From positions 1 through 63,665 of the IMG/VR virus record IMGVR_UViG_3300032296_000732: a DNA stretch of 63,665 bases. One strand, 5' to 3'. Each line of letters starts with the position of its first letter. The stretch's first letter is position 1. Positions 24,120 to 32,721 of the stretch are shown here, one piece after another. Source of the DNA: a virus (taxonomy: Duplodnaviria; Caudoviricetes). Under the pieces are notes generated by a model. It was not told where the DNA came from, searched no databases, and worked only from the letters and a program-made list of their open reading frames with translations. The translations under genes and the position numbers were made by a program.

Positions 24120-24698
24120 ATGGCAAATACCACGTTCTCCGGCCCAGTCATATCTAACAATGGCTTTATCACCGGAACAGCTTCTTCCCCTATCGTTGAG
24201 ACTACTGCCACCAATGTGTCGGAATCGTATGTTACGACTTCTGCCGCTACTGGCGATACACGTCTGTCTTATCAGCGTTTGGCTTTTACATCAACCGGCT
24301 CTGGTGAAACCTATCGCGCCTTGACTCAGGTCACGGGCGCTAACGCAGCTACTGGTGGTACTGTTAACGGTGCGCACATTAGCTTGAGCATCAACGGCTC
24401 TGGCACCATCTCCGGTGCAGGTAACGCTCTTCGCGCTACATTGGGCGGTACGTCTACAAACCCCGGCGGTACGATTGCGGCTATTCAGGCTGACTCCAAC
24501 TTTGCCTCTGGTGGCGCTTGGACTGGCGCTTCGTTTATCCGCTTCACAAACAGCGGCACTGGCACAGTAGCTAACTTGTTCAACGTCCCTTCGGCAATGG
24601 TTACGGCCAATACCCAAGGCGCGGCTACAAACTCTTTGAAGATTGTGGACAGCGCGGGTACTGCCTACTACATCATGTTGACTACGACCAATAGCTGA
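24120..24698 (+). CDS. virion structural protein (possible head fibre)
   Basis: MANTTFSGPV start, Gly/Ser/Thr-rich; follows MCP. Confidence 0.65.
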   Translation: MANTTFSGPVISNNGFITGTASSPIVETTATNVSESYVTTSAATGDTRLSYQRLAFTSTGSGETYRALTQVTGANAATGGTVNGAHISLSINGSGTISGAGNALRATLGGTSTNPGGTIAAIQADSNFASGGAWTGASFIRFTNSGTGTVANLFNVPSAMVTANTQGAATNSLKIVDSAGTAYYIMLTTTNS

Positions 24699-24699
24699 T

Positions 24700-24876
24700 A
24701 TGCAGATCACCAAGGAATTCTTGGAGACTGAGATTCGTGACCTTGAGACTGAAGCACAGAAGGCCCAAACCTTTTTGATTCAATCTCAAGCCACGATTCA
24801 AGCGTACAAGATGTTGATCAACAGGCTAGACGCCCCAGAGCCAGAAACGGAGCAAGAAAATGACGATGCAATATGA
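24700..24876 (+). CDS. small coiled-coil protein, 58 aa (not in ORF track)
   Basis: MQITKEFLETEIRDLETEAQKAQ...DAI*. Confidence 0.55.
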   Translation: MQITKEFLETEIRDLETEAQKAQTFLIQSQATIQAYKMLINRLDAPEPETEQENDDAI

Positions 24877-25348
24877 CGTAGAGTCGTATCACAATACCGT
24901 TTCGGGCGTAGCCGTGCCTTATCGCACCCGTTTGAAGGGCGTTGTGATCTCTCCTACAACGTCTACTACATACAACATAGCTTTCGCCAATAATGTGGCC
25001 CAGTCTGGTACGTATGACATCCCCGGGACTACAACCTGTACGGTGACTATTGCGGGTCATGGGGTGGCTTTAGGTTCACGTGTGTGGCTACAGTTTGCTG
25101 ATGGTGATGGCGTCAGTAACATGTATGTGGTAACAGCGGTAACAATAGATACTTTCACGGTTACAACAGGGACGTTAACCACCTCTGGTGATGTGACTGT
25201 GTACAACCAAATTTTGGTTGAGATTGATTGCTCAACTGCCACTTCGTTCTATACGTTCATTCCGGGCGAAGGTGTTTTGGCTTTAGATGGCATTTATGTG
25301 GGATTACCCGCAGCAAGTGTCGTAACCTCAACCATTTTTTATGGATAA
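24860..25348 (+). CDS. structural protein, paralogue 1
   Basis: MTMQYDV...TRLKG...IPGEG...FYG. Confidence 0.7.
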   Translation: MTMQYDVESYHNTVSGVAVPYRTRLKGVVISPTTSTTYNIAFANNVAQSGTYDIPGTTTCTVTIAGHGVALGSRVWLQFADGDGVSNMYVVTAVTIDTFTVTTGTLTTSGDVTVYNQILVEIDCSTATSFYTFIPGEGVLALDGIYVGLPAASVVTSTIFYG

Positions 25349-25358
25349 GGGGTAAGCC

Positions 25359-25841
25359 ATGACAATGCAGTATGACGTTAAAGCAGTCCATCAAAGTGCC
25401 TCGGGCACGGCGGTAAGTTACGCTACACGGTTAAAAGGCATTACTGTAACTTCTGGCACATCCTCAATACGTAATATGGCTGTTGCTGATCCAACAGTGA
25501 GCAAATCAGGCACATACAGCCAAACGACAACCACAATCACCGTTACCATCGCAGGGCATGGTCTGGTAAATGGGCAACGTGTGTTTTTGGATTTTACAAC
25601 CGGCACATCAAGAGATGCAGTATTTGCAGTAACGGTAACAAATGCAAACGTGTTTACTGTAACTTCTACAACTGCTAGTACATCCGGCAACGTGGCTATG
25701 TACACAACTTTGTTGTTGGAATTGGACACATTCAGCACGGTAGGCTTGCCAATCAAGATTCCCGGTGAAGGTATTTATTGCCCCAACGGTGTTTACGTTG
25801 GTCTTGGTAATTCTGTAACGGCGACAATTTATTATGGCTAA
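25359..25841 (+). CDS. structural protein, paralogue 2
   Basis: MTMQYDV...TRLKG...IPGEG...YYG. Confidence 0.7.
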   Translation: MTMQYDVKAVHQSASGTAVSYATRLKGITVTSGTSSIRNMAVADPTVSKSGTYSQTTTTITVTIAGHGLVNGQRVFLDFTTGTSRDAVFAVTVTNANVFTVTSTTASTSGNVAMYTTLLLELDTFSTVGLPIKIPGEGIYCPNGVYVGLGNSVTATIYYG

Positions 25842-26079
25842 GTCACCAGCATGGACTCGCAAAGAAGGCAAGAATCCAGAGGGCGGCTTGAACGCCAAGG
25901 GACGGGCCTCCGCGAAAGCGCAAGGCATGAACCTCAAGGCTCCTCAGCCCGAGGGCGGCTCACGCCGCGACTCTTTCTGCGCAAGAATGTCTGGGATGAA
26001 GAAAAAACTGACGAGCGAGAAGACGGCCAACGACCCGAACTCGCGGATCAACAAAAGCCTGCGGGCATGGGCATGCTGA
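25834..26079 (+). CDS. small basic protein
   Basis: AWTRKEGKNPEGGLNAKGRAS...SFCARM. Confidence 0.7.
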   Translation: MAKSPAWTRKEGKNPEGGLNAKGRASAKAQGMNLKAPQPEGGSRRDSFCARMSGMKKKLTSEKTANDPNSRINKSLRAWAC

Positions 26080-26080
26080 C

Positions 26081-26329
26081 ATGAGTACCGATGCCATCCA
26101 AACTGCCCGTGAACTAGCCACGCATGCGTCCGACATCAAGCATTTGCAGGATGATATGGACAAGATGCTGGAGAACATGAAGGCTATGCAGGCAACGCTT
26201 TCTGCCATCGACAAAACGCTGTCTGAGGCCCGTGGTGGCTGGAAAGTTTTAATGTTGGTTGGCGGGGCCAGTAGCGTTGTAGGCGCGGGCCTAGTTCAGC
26301 TTGTCAACTGGTACGCAGGGGGCAAGTGA
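26081..26329 (+). CDS. coiled-coil protein with C-terminal TM helix (holin/XhlA-like)
   Basis: Heptads followed by hydrophobic VLMLVGGASSVVGAGLV. Confidence 0.55.
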   Translation: MSTDAIQTARELATHASDIKHLQDDMDKMLENMKAMQATLSAIDKTLSEARGGWKVLMLVGGASSVVGAGLVQLVNWYAGGK

Positions 26330-26727
26330 TGCCAAGCAAGAGCAAGGCTCAACACAATTTCATGGCGGCGGTGGCTAACAACCCAGCGTTTGCTAAGAAA
26401 GCAGGCGTCCCACAGTCCGTGGGTAAAGAGTTCAACAATGCCGACAAAGGCAAAACTTTTAAACAAGGTGGTGATATGAAATCCGAAGCAATGAAAAAAG
26501 GTGGCATGCCCATGAAAATGAAAGATGGCAAAAAAGTGCCTATCTTCATGAACAAAGGTGGTATGGCCGCAACCAAGATGGGTTCGGTAAAAACCGCTGC
26601 TCCTAGCAAAGATGGTGTTGCTGCCAAAGGCAAGACCAAGGGTACGCAGGTCAAGATGGCCGGTTCTGGTGTCCCCGGTGGCATCGGTTCACGTGTGATG
26701 AAAAAAGGCGGAATGGCCAAGTGCTAA
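26329..26727 (+). CDS. small Lys/Gly-rich protein (KKGG motifs)
   Basis: MPSKSKAQHNFM; FKQGG, MKKGG, MNKGG. Confidence 0.7.
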   Translation: MPSKSKAQHNFMAAVANNPAFAKKAGVPQSVGKEFNNADKGKTFKQGGDMKSEAMKKGGMPMKMKDGKKVPIFMNKGGMAATKMGSVKTAAPSKDGVAAKGKTKGTQVKMAGSGVPGGIGSRVMKKGGMAKC

Positions 26728-26737
26728 GGAGTTCAAA

Positions 26738-26974
26738 ATGAGCGATGCAGAACAACGTGCTCGTAAAGAGCAAGAAGATCGCAAGGCACAAGATGCCGCG
26801 ACTAAAGCATACGATGCTGCCAGCAAAACCCCACCGTCTGAGGACCCCCGTGACGGTGTTCGTGGGCAAAAAGGGTATAAAAAAGGCGGCGTGACTCGTG
26901 CTGACGGTTGCGTGACCAAAGGCCACACCAAAGGCAAAATGATTGCTATGGCCTACGGCGGCAAGACTTGCTAA
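26738..26974 (+). CDS. small basic protein (KKGG...RADG motif)
   Basis: RBS AAGGAG; YKKGGVTRADGCVTKGHTKG. Confidence 0.7.
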   Translation: MSDAEQRARKEQEDRKAQDAATKAYDAASKTPPSEDPRDGVRGQKGYKKGGVTRADGCVTKGHTKGKMIAMAYGGKTC

Positions 26975-26983
26975 GGAGCTGAC

Positions 26984-27241
26984 ATGAAAGCTGGTGATAT
27001 ATCCCCAATTGCTGGAATTGCCACAGGCGAAGGCATGATAGGCAAACTGGCGGGCAAGGGTGGCTTGGGCTTATTGCCTGCTGCTATTGCACGCAACGCT
27101 CAGGAAGAGGAAGAAGAGCGCAAGAAACAAATGGGCGTTGTTCCTACCAGTACTGGCATGAAAAAAGGCGGCGTTGTTTCGGCTTCTCGCCGTGCAGACG
27201 GTATTGCGCAGCGGGGTAAAACTCGCGGAAAGATGGTGTAA
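26984..27241 (+). CDS. small basic protein (KKGG...RADG motif)
   Basis: RBS AAGGAG; MKKGG..RRADGIAQRGKTRG. Confidence 0.7.
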   Translation: MKAGDISPIAGIATGEGMIGKLAGKGGLGLLPAAIARNAQEEEEERKKQMGVVPTSTGMKKGGVVSASRRADGIAQRGKTRGKMV

Positions 27242-27243
27242 GT

Positions 27244-27531
27244 ATGATGGCATCCCGTGGTATGGGCGATATCCGCCCCTCAAAAATGCCCGGCGCTAAG
27301 AAAAAGGCGCGGCGGGATGACACTGATTTCACCCAGTACAAAGAGGGTGGCGAGGTAAAATCTAAGGTCAACGAGGCTGGCAATTACACCAAGCCGAGTC
27401 TTCGCAAGAAGATTTTGTCGCAGGTAAAAGCCGCAGCAACGCAGGGCACTAGCGCAGGCCAATGGTCCGCGAGAAAAGCACAGCTCGTGGCCAAGAAGTA
27501 CAAGGCTGCTGGTGGTGGCTACAGGGATTGA
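27244..27531 (+). CDS. small basic protein
   Basis: NYTKPSLRK...GQWSARKAQ...GGGY. Confidence 0.7.
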   Translation: MMASRGMGDIRPSKMPGAKKKARRDDTDFTQYKEGGEVKSKVNEAGNYTKPSLRKKILSQVKAAATQGTSAGQWSARKAQLVAKKYKAAGGGYRD

Positions 27532-27532
27532 A

Positions 27533-27766
27533 ATGAAAGCACCGCAGAAATCGCTCAAGGATTGGGGTGACCAGAAATGGCAAACCAAATCCGGCAAGCC
27601 GTCTTCTAAGACGGGGGAGCGATATTTGCCCAAAGCTGCCATCAAGTCTTTGACTCCGGCTGAGTATGCAGCCACGACCAAAGCCAAGCGTGCTGGTAAA
27701 GCTGCGGGTAAACAGTTTGTGGCCCAGCCAAAGTCCATCGCAAAGAAAACAGCAGGGTTTAGATAA
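27533..27766 (+). CDS. small basic protein
   Basis: MKAPQKSLKDWGDQKW...ERYLPKAAI. Confidence 0.7.
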   Translation: MKAPQKSLKDWGDQKWQTKSGKPSSKTGERYLPKAAIKSLTPAEYAATTKAKRAGKAAGKQFVAQPKSIAKKTAGFR

Positions 27767-28698
27767 TGGCAAAAACTACCGGCACCACGGCATTTAACCT
27801 CGACATGAACGACCTCATTGAGGAGGCGTTTGAGCGTTGCGGTCAAGAACTTCGTACAGGCTACAACTTCCGCACGGCACGTCGGTCGTTGAACCTGTTG
27901 ACGATTGAGTGGGCCAACCGTGGGCTGAACTTCTGGACGGTTGAGCAGGGCCAGATTCCTATGGTGACGGGGCAGGCTATCTACCCCATGCCTACGGACA
28001 CAATCGATTTGCTTGACATGGTAATCCGCCAAAGCAACGGCACGTCCAACCAGATTGACATCAACATCAGCGGTATCTCTGAATCGACCTACATGAGCTT
28101 GCCAAACAAGTTGGCACAAGGTCGTCCAATTCAGGTCTGGTACAACCGTCAGTCAGGTCAGGAAAACGTAACAGCTGTTACACTGACCGCCGCAATCAAT
28201 TCTACAGATACCACCATCACGGTCTCGGATGTTTCCGCTCTTGCAACCGCTGGATTTATCAAGATTGACAACGAAACAATCAGTTACCCCAACGTAGACC
28301 CCGTAAACAACCAGTTGATCAACTGCGCACGTGGGCAGAACTACACAACGGCGGCATCCCATGCAAGTGGCGCGGTGCTAACGGTACAGAATTTACCCGC
28401 CATCAATGTGTGGCCCACACCCAACGCCCCCGGCGATCAGTACATGTTCGTGTACTACCGCATGCGCCGCATCCAAGATGCTGGCTCCGGTGTGACGGTT
28501 CAAGACATTCCGTTCCGTTTTATCCCTTGCATGGTGGCAGGGTTGGCGTATCTGTTGAGCATGAAGCTGCCGGATGTTGACCCTAATCGTGTGATGGGGT
28601 TGAAGGCCGAGTACGAGCAGCAGTGGGAATTGGCGCAAGCGGAAGATCGAGAAACAGCTCCATTACGGTTCGTGCCTAGGAACATGTTCTATGCCTAA
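27766..28698 (+). CDS. head-tail adaptor / tail tubular protein-like
   Basis: IEEAFERCG...ARRSLNLL..EWANRG...IPFRFIPCMVAGLAY. Confidence 0.6.
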   Translation: MAKTTGTTAFNLDMNDLIEEAFERCGQELRTGYNFRTARRSLNLLTIEWANRGLNFWTVEQGQIPMVTGQAIYPMPTDTIDLLDMVIRQSNGTSNQIDINISGISESTYMSLPNKLAQGRPIQVWYNRQSGQENVTAVTLTAAINSTDTTITVSDVSALATAGFIKIDNETISYPNVDPVNNQLINCARGQNYTTAASHASGAVLTVQNLPAINVWPTPNAPGDQYMFVYYRMRRIQDAGSGVTVQDIPFRFIPCMVAGLAYLLSMKLPDVDPNRVMGLKAEYEQQWELAQAEDRETAPLRFVPRNMFYA

Positions 28699-29119
28699 TC
28701 GGTTTGCATCAGGCAAGTACGCTATAGCGGAGTGTGACCGCTGCGCACAGAGGTACAAGCTCAAGGAGCTGAAGACGCAAACGGTTAAGACCAAGCCGTT
28801 CAAGGTAAAGGTTTGCCCTTCTTGCTGGGACCCCGATCATCCGCAGTTGCAGTTGGGCATGTACCCAGTTGATGACCCGCAGGCTGTGCGGGAGCCTCGG
28901 CCTGATGTGAGCTACACGGTCTCGGGGCAAAGTGGGTTGCAGATTTTGCTAACCAACAGCTTGGACGAAGAGGGTTTTGGTTACCCAGAAGCCGGTAGCC
29001 GAATCTTCCAGTGGGGGTATAACCCTGTTGGTGGCGCAAGTGGGTTTGACACGCTTTTAACACCAAATAATTTGGTGTTGGCGGTAGAATTAGGCACAGT
29101 TACGGTTGCAACGACATAA
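28691..29119 (+). CDS. Zn-finger hypothetical protein
   Basis: ECDRC...VCPSCWDPDHPQ. Confidence 0.7.
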   Translation: MPNRFASGKYAIAECDRCAQRYKLKELKTQTVKTKPFKVKVCPSCWDPDHPQLQLGMYPVDDPQAVREPRPDVSYTVSGQSGLQILLTNSLDEEGFGYPEAGSRIFQWGYNPVGGASGFDTLLTPNNLVLAVELGTVTVATT

Positions 29120-29129
29120 GGAGTCGATC

Positions 29130-29333
29130 ATGGACAAAAAAGATATGGCGCAGGACAAGAAGATGGTGGCTGGAGCCGTGCACAAGCACGAGAAAAAGCT
29201 GCACCCCGGTCAGCCTATGACCAAGCTGGCCAAAGGCGGCAAGACAAACGCTCAGATGAAATCTCTGGGTCGTGGTTTGGCCAAGGTAGCCAACCAGAAG
29301 AAGTCTTCTTTCACATACAAAAAAGGAGCCTGA
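29130..29333 (+). CDS. small basic protein
   Basis: RBS AAGGAG; LAKGG motif. Confidence 0.65.
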   Translation: MDKKDMAQDKKMVAGAVHKHEKKLHPGQPMTKLAKGGKTNAQMKSLGRGLAKVANQKKSSFTYKKGA

Positions 29334-29334
29334 C

Positions 29335-29601
29335 ATGGCCACTTTTAGCAAAAAGGTAATGGGCAAGGAAGTCGGCCAAGCCGATGTCTATGCTCCGCCC
29401 CACACGATGGACGGCAAAGCCGGTGTGGACATTAAAAACAGCGGCTACCAAGGCGGTAACCGTTTGACTGCTAATGATGTGAACATGTCTGTTGGCAACA
29501 TCAGTCGTGACCCATACAAAGAGCCAAAGACATCCGGCATCAAGATGCGCGGTACTGGATGCGCTACTAAAGGCGTGATGTCACGAGGCCCAATGGCATG
29601 A
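29335..29601 (+). CDS. small basic protein
   Basis: RBS AAGGAG; C-terminal RGTGCATKG. Confidence 0.65.
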   Translation: MATFSKKVMGKEVGQADVYAPPHTMDGKAGVDIKNSGYQGGNRLTANDVNMSVGNISRDPYKEPKTSGIKMRGTGCATKGVMSRGPMA

Positions 29602-30317
29602 ACTACGCCCAGCTTGTTGCGTCTATTGAAGCGTATACGGAAAACAACTTTCCGGATGTAACGCTGTCCGACGGGTCTATAGAGACCACGAAGGAGCAGG
29701 TTGACCGCTTCATTCAACAAGCCGAGCAGCGCATCTACAACACGGTGCAGTTCCCCTTTTTGCGCAGGAACATGACTGGCAATATTCAGTCGGGCAACAA
29801 GTACCTTGCAGCCCCCAATGATTACCTTGCCACGTATTCTTTGGCGGTTATAGATGCGTCCGGTAACTACGAGTACCTGCTCAACAAAGATGTAAACTTC
29901 ATCCGGCAAGCGTATCCCAATCCAACTACGGATGTGGGCACGCCAAAATACTACGCTTTGTTTGGCCCAGCATTATCAGGGGCTACGATCACAACTGAAC
30001 TAACGTTTATTCTTGGCCCAACGCCTAATGCTGCATATACAGCAGAGCTTCATTTTTACTACTACCCAGAGTCTATTGTGACTGCGGGTACTTCGTGGTT
30101 GGGCGACAACTTCGACACCGTGCTGTTGTATGGGTCGCTGGTTGAGGCGTACACGTTCATGAAGGGTGAGACAGACTTGCTGGCCCTGTACGACGGCAAG
30201 TACAAGGAAGCCCTTGCACAAGCTAAACGTCTGGGTGATGGACTTGAGCGATCTGATGCTTACAGAAATGGGCAATACCGTATGTCGCCGCTGCCTCAAA
30301 ACAATGGGGTAGCATAG
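29598..30317 (+). CDS. tail tubular protein A / adaptor-like
   Basis: MNYAQLVASI...FIQQAEQRI...GTPKYYA...LLYGSLVEAYTFMK. Confidence 0.65.
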   Translation: MNYAQLVASIEAYTENNFPDVTLSDGSIETTKEQVDRFIQQAEQRIYNTVQFPFLRRNMTGNIQSGNKYLAAPNDYLATYSLAVIDASGNYEYLLNKDVNFIRQAYPNPTTDVGTPKYYALFGPALSGATITTELTFILGPTPNAAYTAELHFYYYPESIVTAGTSWLGDNFDTVLLYGSLVEAYTFMKGETDLLALYDGKYKEALAQAKRLGDGLERSDAYRNGQYRMSPLPQNNGVA

Positions 30318-30318
30318 T

Positions 30319-30741
30319 ATGGCATTCACGGGCAACTTTTCTTGCAACACCCTGCGCAGTGGGCTGGCCAACGGGACGATCAATCTGTCTTCGGACACCT
30401 TTCGCTTGGCGCTGTACACCAACGCCGCATCGCTTGACCAAACTACCACAGCCTACACGTCAGACGGGGAAGCCTCTGGCGGCAACTACGTAGCAGGTGG
30501 GCAAGTGGTAACAGCAACAGTGAGTTCTGCACTCACTACAACAGGCAGCGTCACCTACGTCACGTTTACAAACGCTTCGTGGACAGGCTCCATCACGGCC
30601 CGTGGGGCGCTGATCTACAAAGCTGGAGCTAACGGCGCAGTTTGCGTGCTGGACTTTGGCAATGACAAAACTTCAACCAACACGTTTGTTGTGCAGATGC
30701 CCGCTAACACCAGCACGTCTGCACTTATCAGACTGATCTAA
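30319..30741 (+). CDS. tail/virion structural protein
   Basis: FRLALYT...Y..GG...TARGALIY...VLDFG; paralogous to 31449. Confidence 0.65.
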   Translation: MAFTGNFSCNTLRSGLANGTINLSSDTFRLALYTNAASLDQTTTAYTSDGEASGGNYVAGGQVVTATVSSALTTTGSVTYVTFTNASWTGSITARGALIYKAGANGAVCVLDFGNDKTSTNTFVVQMPANTSTSALIRLI

Positions 30742-30750
30742 GGAGCAACT

Positions 30751-30939
30751 ATGGTCACAACCACCAAAGGCGAGATGGACGAATCCCTGCTTGAGAAAAA
30801 AGAAGGGTTTGTTGATAATGACCACGAGTACACAACTTGGGTCGAGTACTGGTTGGCCGGGGAACTTGTGCACCGTTCTGCGCATGTGTCCCTCAAGAAA
30901 AACGTAAGTTCTGCGGTAGAAGCCGCATCTTTTAATTAA
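30751..30939 (+). CDS. hypothetical protein
   Basis: RBS AAGGAG; WVEYWLAGELVHRSAHV. Confidence 0.65.
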   Translation: MVTTTKGEMDESLLEKKEGFVDNDHEYTTWVEYWLAGELVHRSAHVSLKKNVSSAVEAASFN

Positions 30940-30949
30940 GGAGCCAATC

Positions 30950-31438
30950 ATGGCAGGGAAACCGCACATGCCAGAGGTTGAACGCTTTATGGCAAAGGTC
31001 AACAAAGCGGAAAACGGCTGCTGGCTTTGGACGGCGTACCGCATGAAAAGCGGATATGGACTTTTCAGAACACCTGAAAGACATGTGCTTGCGCATCGTG
31101 CATCGTACAGGCTTTTTTGTGGAACGCTGGATGAACGGGACGTCATGCATGCATGCGACACGCCTGCCTGTGTAAACCCAGCGCACTTGTCTTTGGGCAC
31201 GAGAAAAGAGAACATGCAGGATGCAAAAGGCAAAATGCGCCTCTGTGGGGGAGAGTCCCATGGCCGGGCTAAGTTGACAGACTTGCAGAGAGAGTTTGCT
31301 AAAACAGCAAAAGGCACTCAACAGGAAATTGCAGATTTCTTAGGTGTTTCGCAAGGGCACATAAGTTATATTCGAAGCAATAATCAATCACGCAAACTTG
31401 AAATGGGCATAGCCCAAGAAGGGAACTATCATCGCTAA
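30950..31438 (+). CDS. HNH homing endonuclease with C-terminal HTH
   Basis: CWLWT...GYG...AHRASY...VMHACDTPACVNPAHL..GT..EN..D; QQEIADFLGVSQGHIS. Confidence 0.9.
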   Translation: MAGKPHMPEVERFMAKVNKAENGCWLWTAYRMKSGYGLFRTPERHVLAHRASYRLFCGTLDERDVMHACDTPACVNPAHLSLGTRKENMQDAKGKMRLCGGESHGRAKLTDLQREFAKTAKGTQQEIADFLGVSQGHISYIRSNNQSRKLEMGIAQEGNYHR

Positions 31439-31448
31439 TACTCAAGCA

Positions 31449-31907
31449 ATGACAACCAGCTTTATGGGCGAGTTGATGACCGCAACGCACAACTTTGGCA
31501 CTGCCCCAGTTCGTGCAACCGGCGCAACCGATTCGTTTAAGGGCGCGCTGTATTTGACAACCGCCACTGTGAACGCCTCCACCACTGCTTACTCTGCTTC
31601 CAACGAGGTGTCTGGCGCTGGCTACACTGCCGGGGGTGTTGCGGTTACTTTTGGAACCCCTCCTACGGCTACCAACAGTTCTGCCACAGCAGGTGTGGCG
31701 TTTGTCACACCTTCGGCCAGCATCACATACACCACAGTGACTTTGGCTACAGCGTTTGACGCAGTACTGATCTACAACTCGACGCAGAGCGACAAAGCGG
31801 TGAGCGTGCACACCTTCGGTTCACAGACAGTGACCGCAGGCACGTTCACACTGACCATGCCTGCGAACACGACAACCACTGCGCTGATCCGCTTGGCCAC
31901 AACCTAA
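31449..31907 (+). CDS. tail/virion structural protein (frame extends to ATC at 31431)
   Basis: FKGALY...GYTAGG...AVLIYN...FGSQT; paralogue of 30319. Confidence 0.7.
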   Translation: MTTSFMGELMTATHNFGTAPVRATGATDSFKGALYLTTATVNASTTAYSASNEVSGAGYTAGGVAVTFGTPPTATNSSATAGVAFVTPSASITYTTVTLATAFDAVLIYNSTQSDKAVSVHTFGSQTVTAGTFTLTMPANTTTTALIRLATT

Positions 31908-31925
31908 TCTACTCGGAGGTAGCGC

Positions 31926-32711
31926 ATGACTACCGCATGGGGCGAAGGCACGTGGGGCGAATATTCTTGGGGCGGCTCCCAGTCGGAGATCGCCGGGAAT
32001 AGCGCCGCCGGTGCTGTAGGTACCATGACCGCATCTGTTGAGTTTCCTGTACCAATTACAGGGGTTGAGGCTGCGGGCGCGGTAGGCGCTATAGGGGCAA
32101 GCGAGATTGCGGTGGCGCTCACAGGCGTGTTCGCTTCTGGCGCGGTGGGGGATGTAGCTGAGACCAACAGTCCCGCAGAGGATGGCGTTGTTGCGCAGGG
32201 GCAGCTTGGCGTAGTTGTTTCTGAGCGTACAGTGGCGCTTAGTGGAGTTGAGGCATTGGGCGCAGTAGGCAACGTGGACTTTGCGTATGCCGCGTTTTTG
32301 TCGGGTGTAGAGGCTCTGGGTAACGTAGGCAACATGCTTGCCGCGCCCATCGGTACAGGTGTTGCGGCTGGAGGCCAAACAGGTACAGTAGGCTCTATTC
32401 GCACGGTTGCGTTGACAGGCGTGGGTTTGTTGGGCGCGGTAGGTAATGCTACTCCCGTGGTTGGCCCGACAGAAGACAGCGTAGTGGCGTTTGGCCAAGT
32501 CGGCTCAATTGCTTCTACCAGCCGCACAGTGGTGCTGAGTGGTGTGTCGGCTCGGGGGCAGGCGGGAACGACAAACTACTTTTACTGGACCACAATAGAT
32601 GACAGCCAGACCCCAAGCTGGCAAAATGTGAACAACTCACAGACTCCCAATTGGGGGGACGTAAATAACTCACAGACCCCCGACTGGGAAGATGTCGATA
32701 TGACTGTTTAA
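31926..32711 (+). CDS. tail fibre-like protein with G..A.GAVG repeats
   Basis: WGEGTWGEYSWGG N-terminus; repeated GAVG; SQTP.W x3 at the C-terminus. Confidence 0.65.
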   Translation: MTTAWGEGTWGEYSWGGSQSEIAGNSAAGAVGTMTASVEFPVPITGVEAAGAVGAIGASEIAVALTGVFASGAVGDVAETNSPAEDGVVAQGQLGVVVSERTVALSGVEALGAVGNVDFAYAAFLSGVEALGNVGNMLAAPIGTGVAAGGQTGTVGSIRTVALTGVGLLGAVGNATPVVGPTEDSVVAFGQVGSIASTSRTVVLSGVSARGQAGTTNYFYWTTIDDSQTPSWQNVNNSQTPNWGDVNNSQTPDWEDVDMTV

Positions 32712-32721
32712 AGGACAAGAA

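Noticed and set aside
27280-28119. Long - strand ORFs (also 16014-16724, 56587-57450, 59857-60597)
   Set aside because: Antisense shadows of well-supported + strand genes, with no motifs or RBS
30950-31438. Group I intron around the HNH
   Set aside because: The ORF fills the whole insert, leaving no room for recognisable intron core helices
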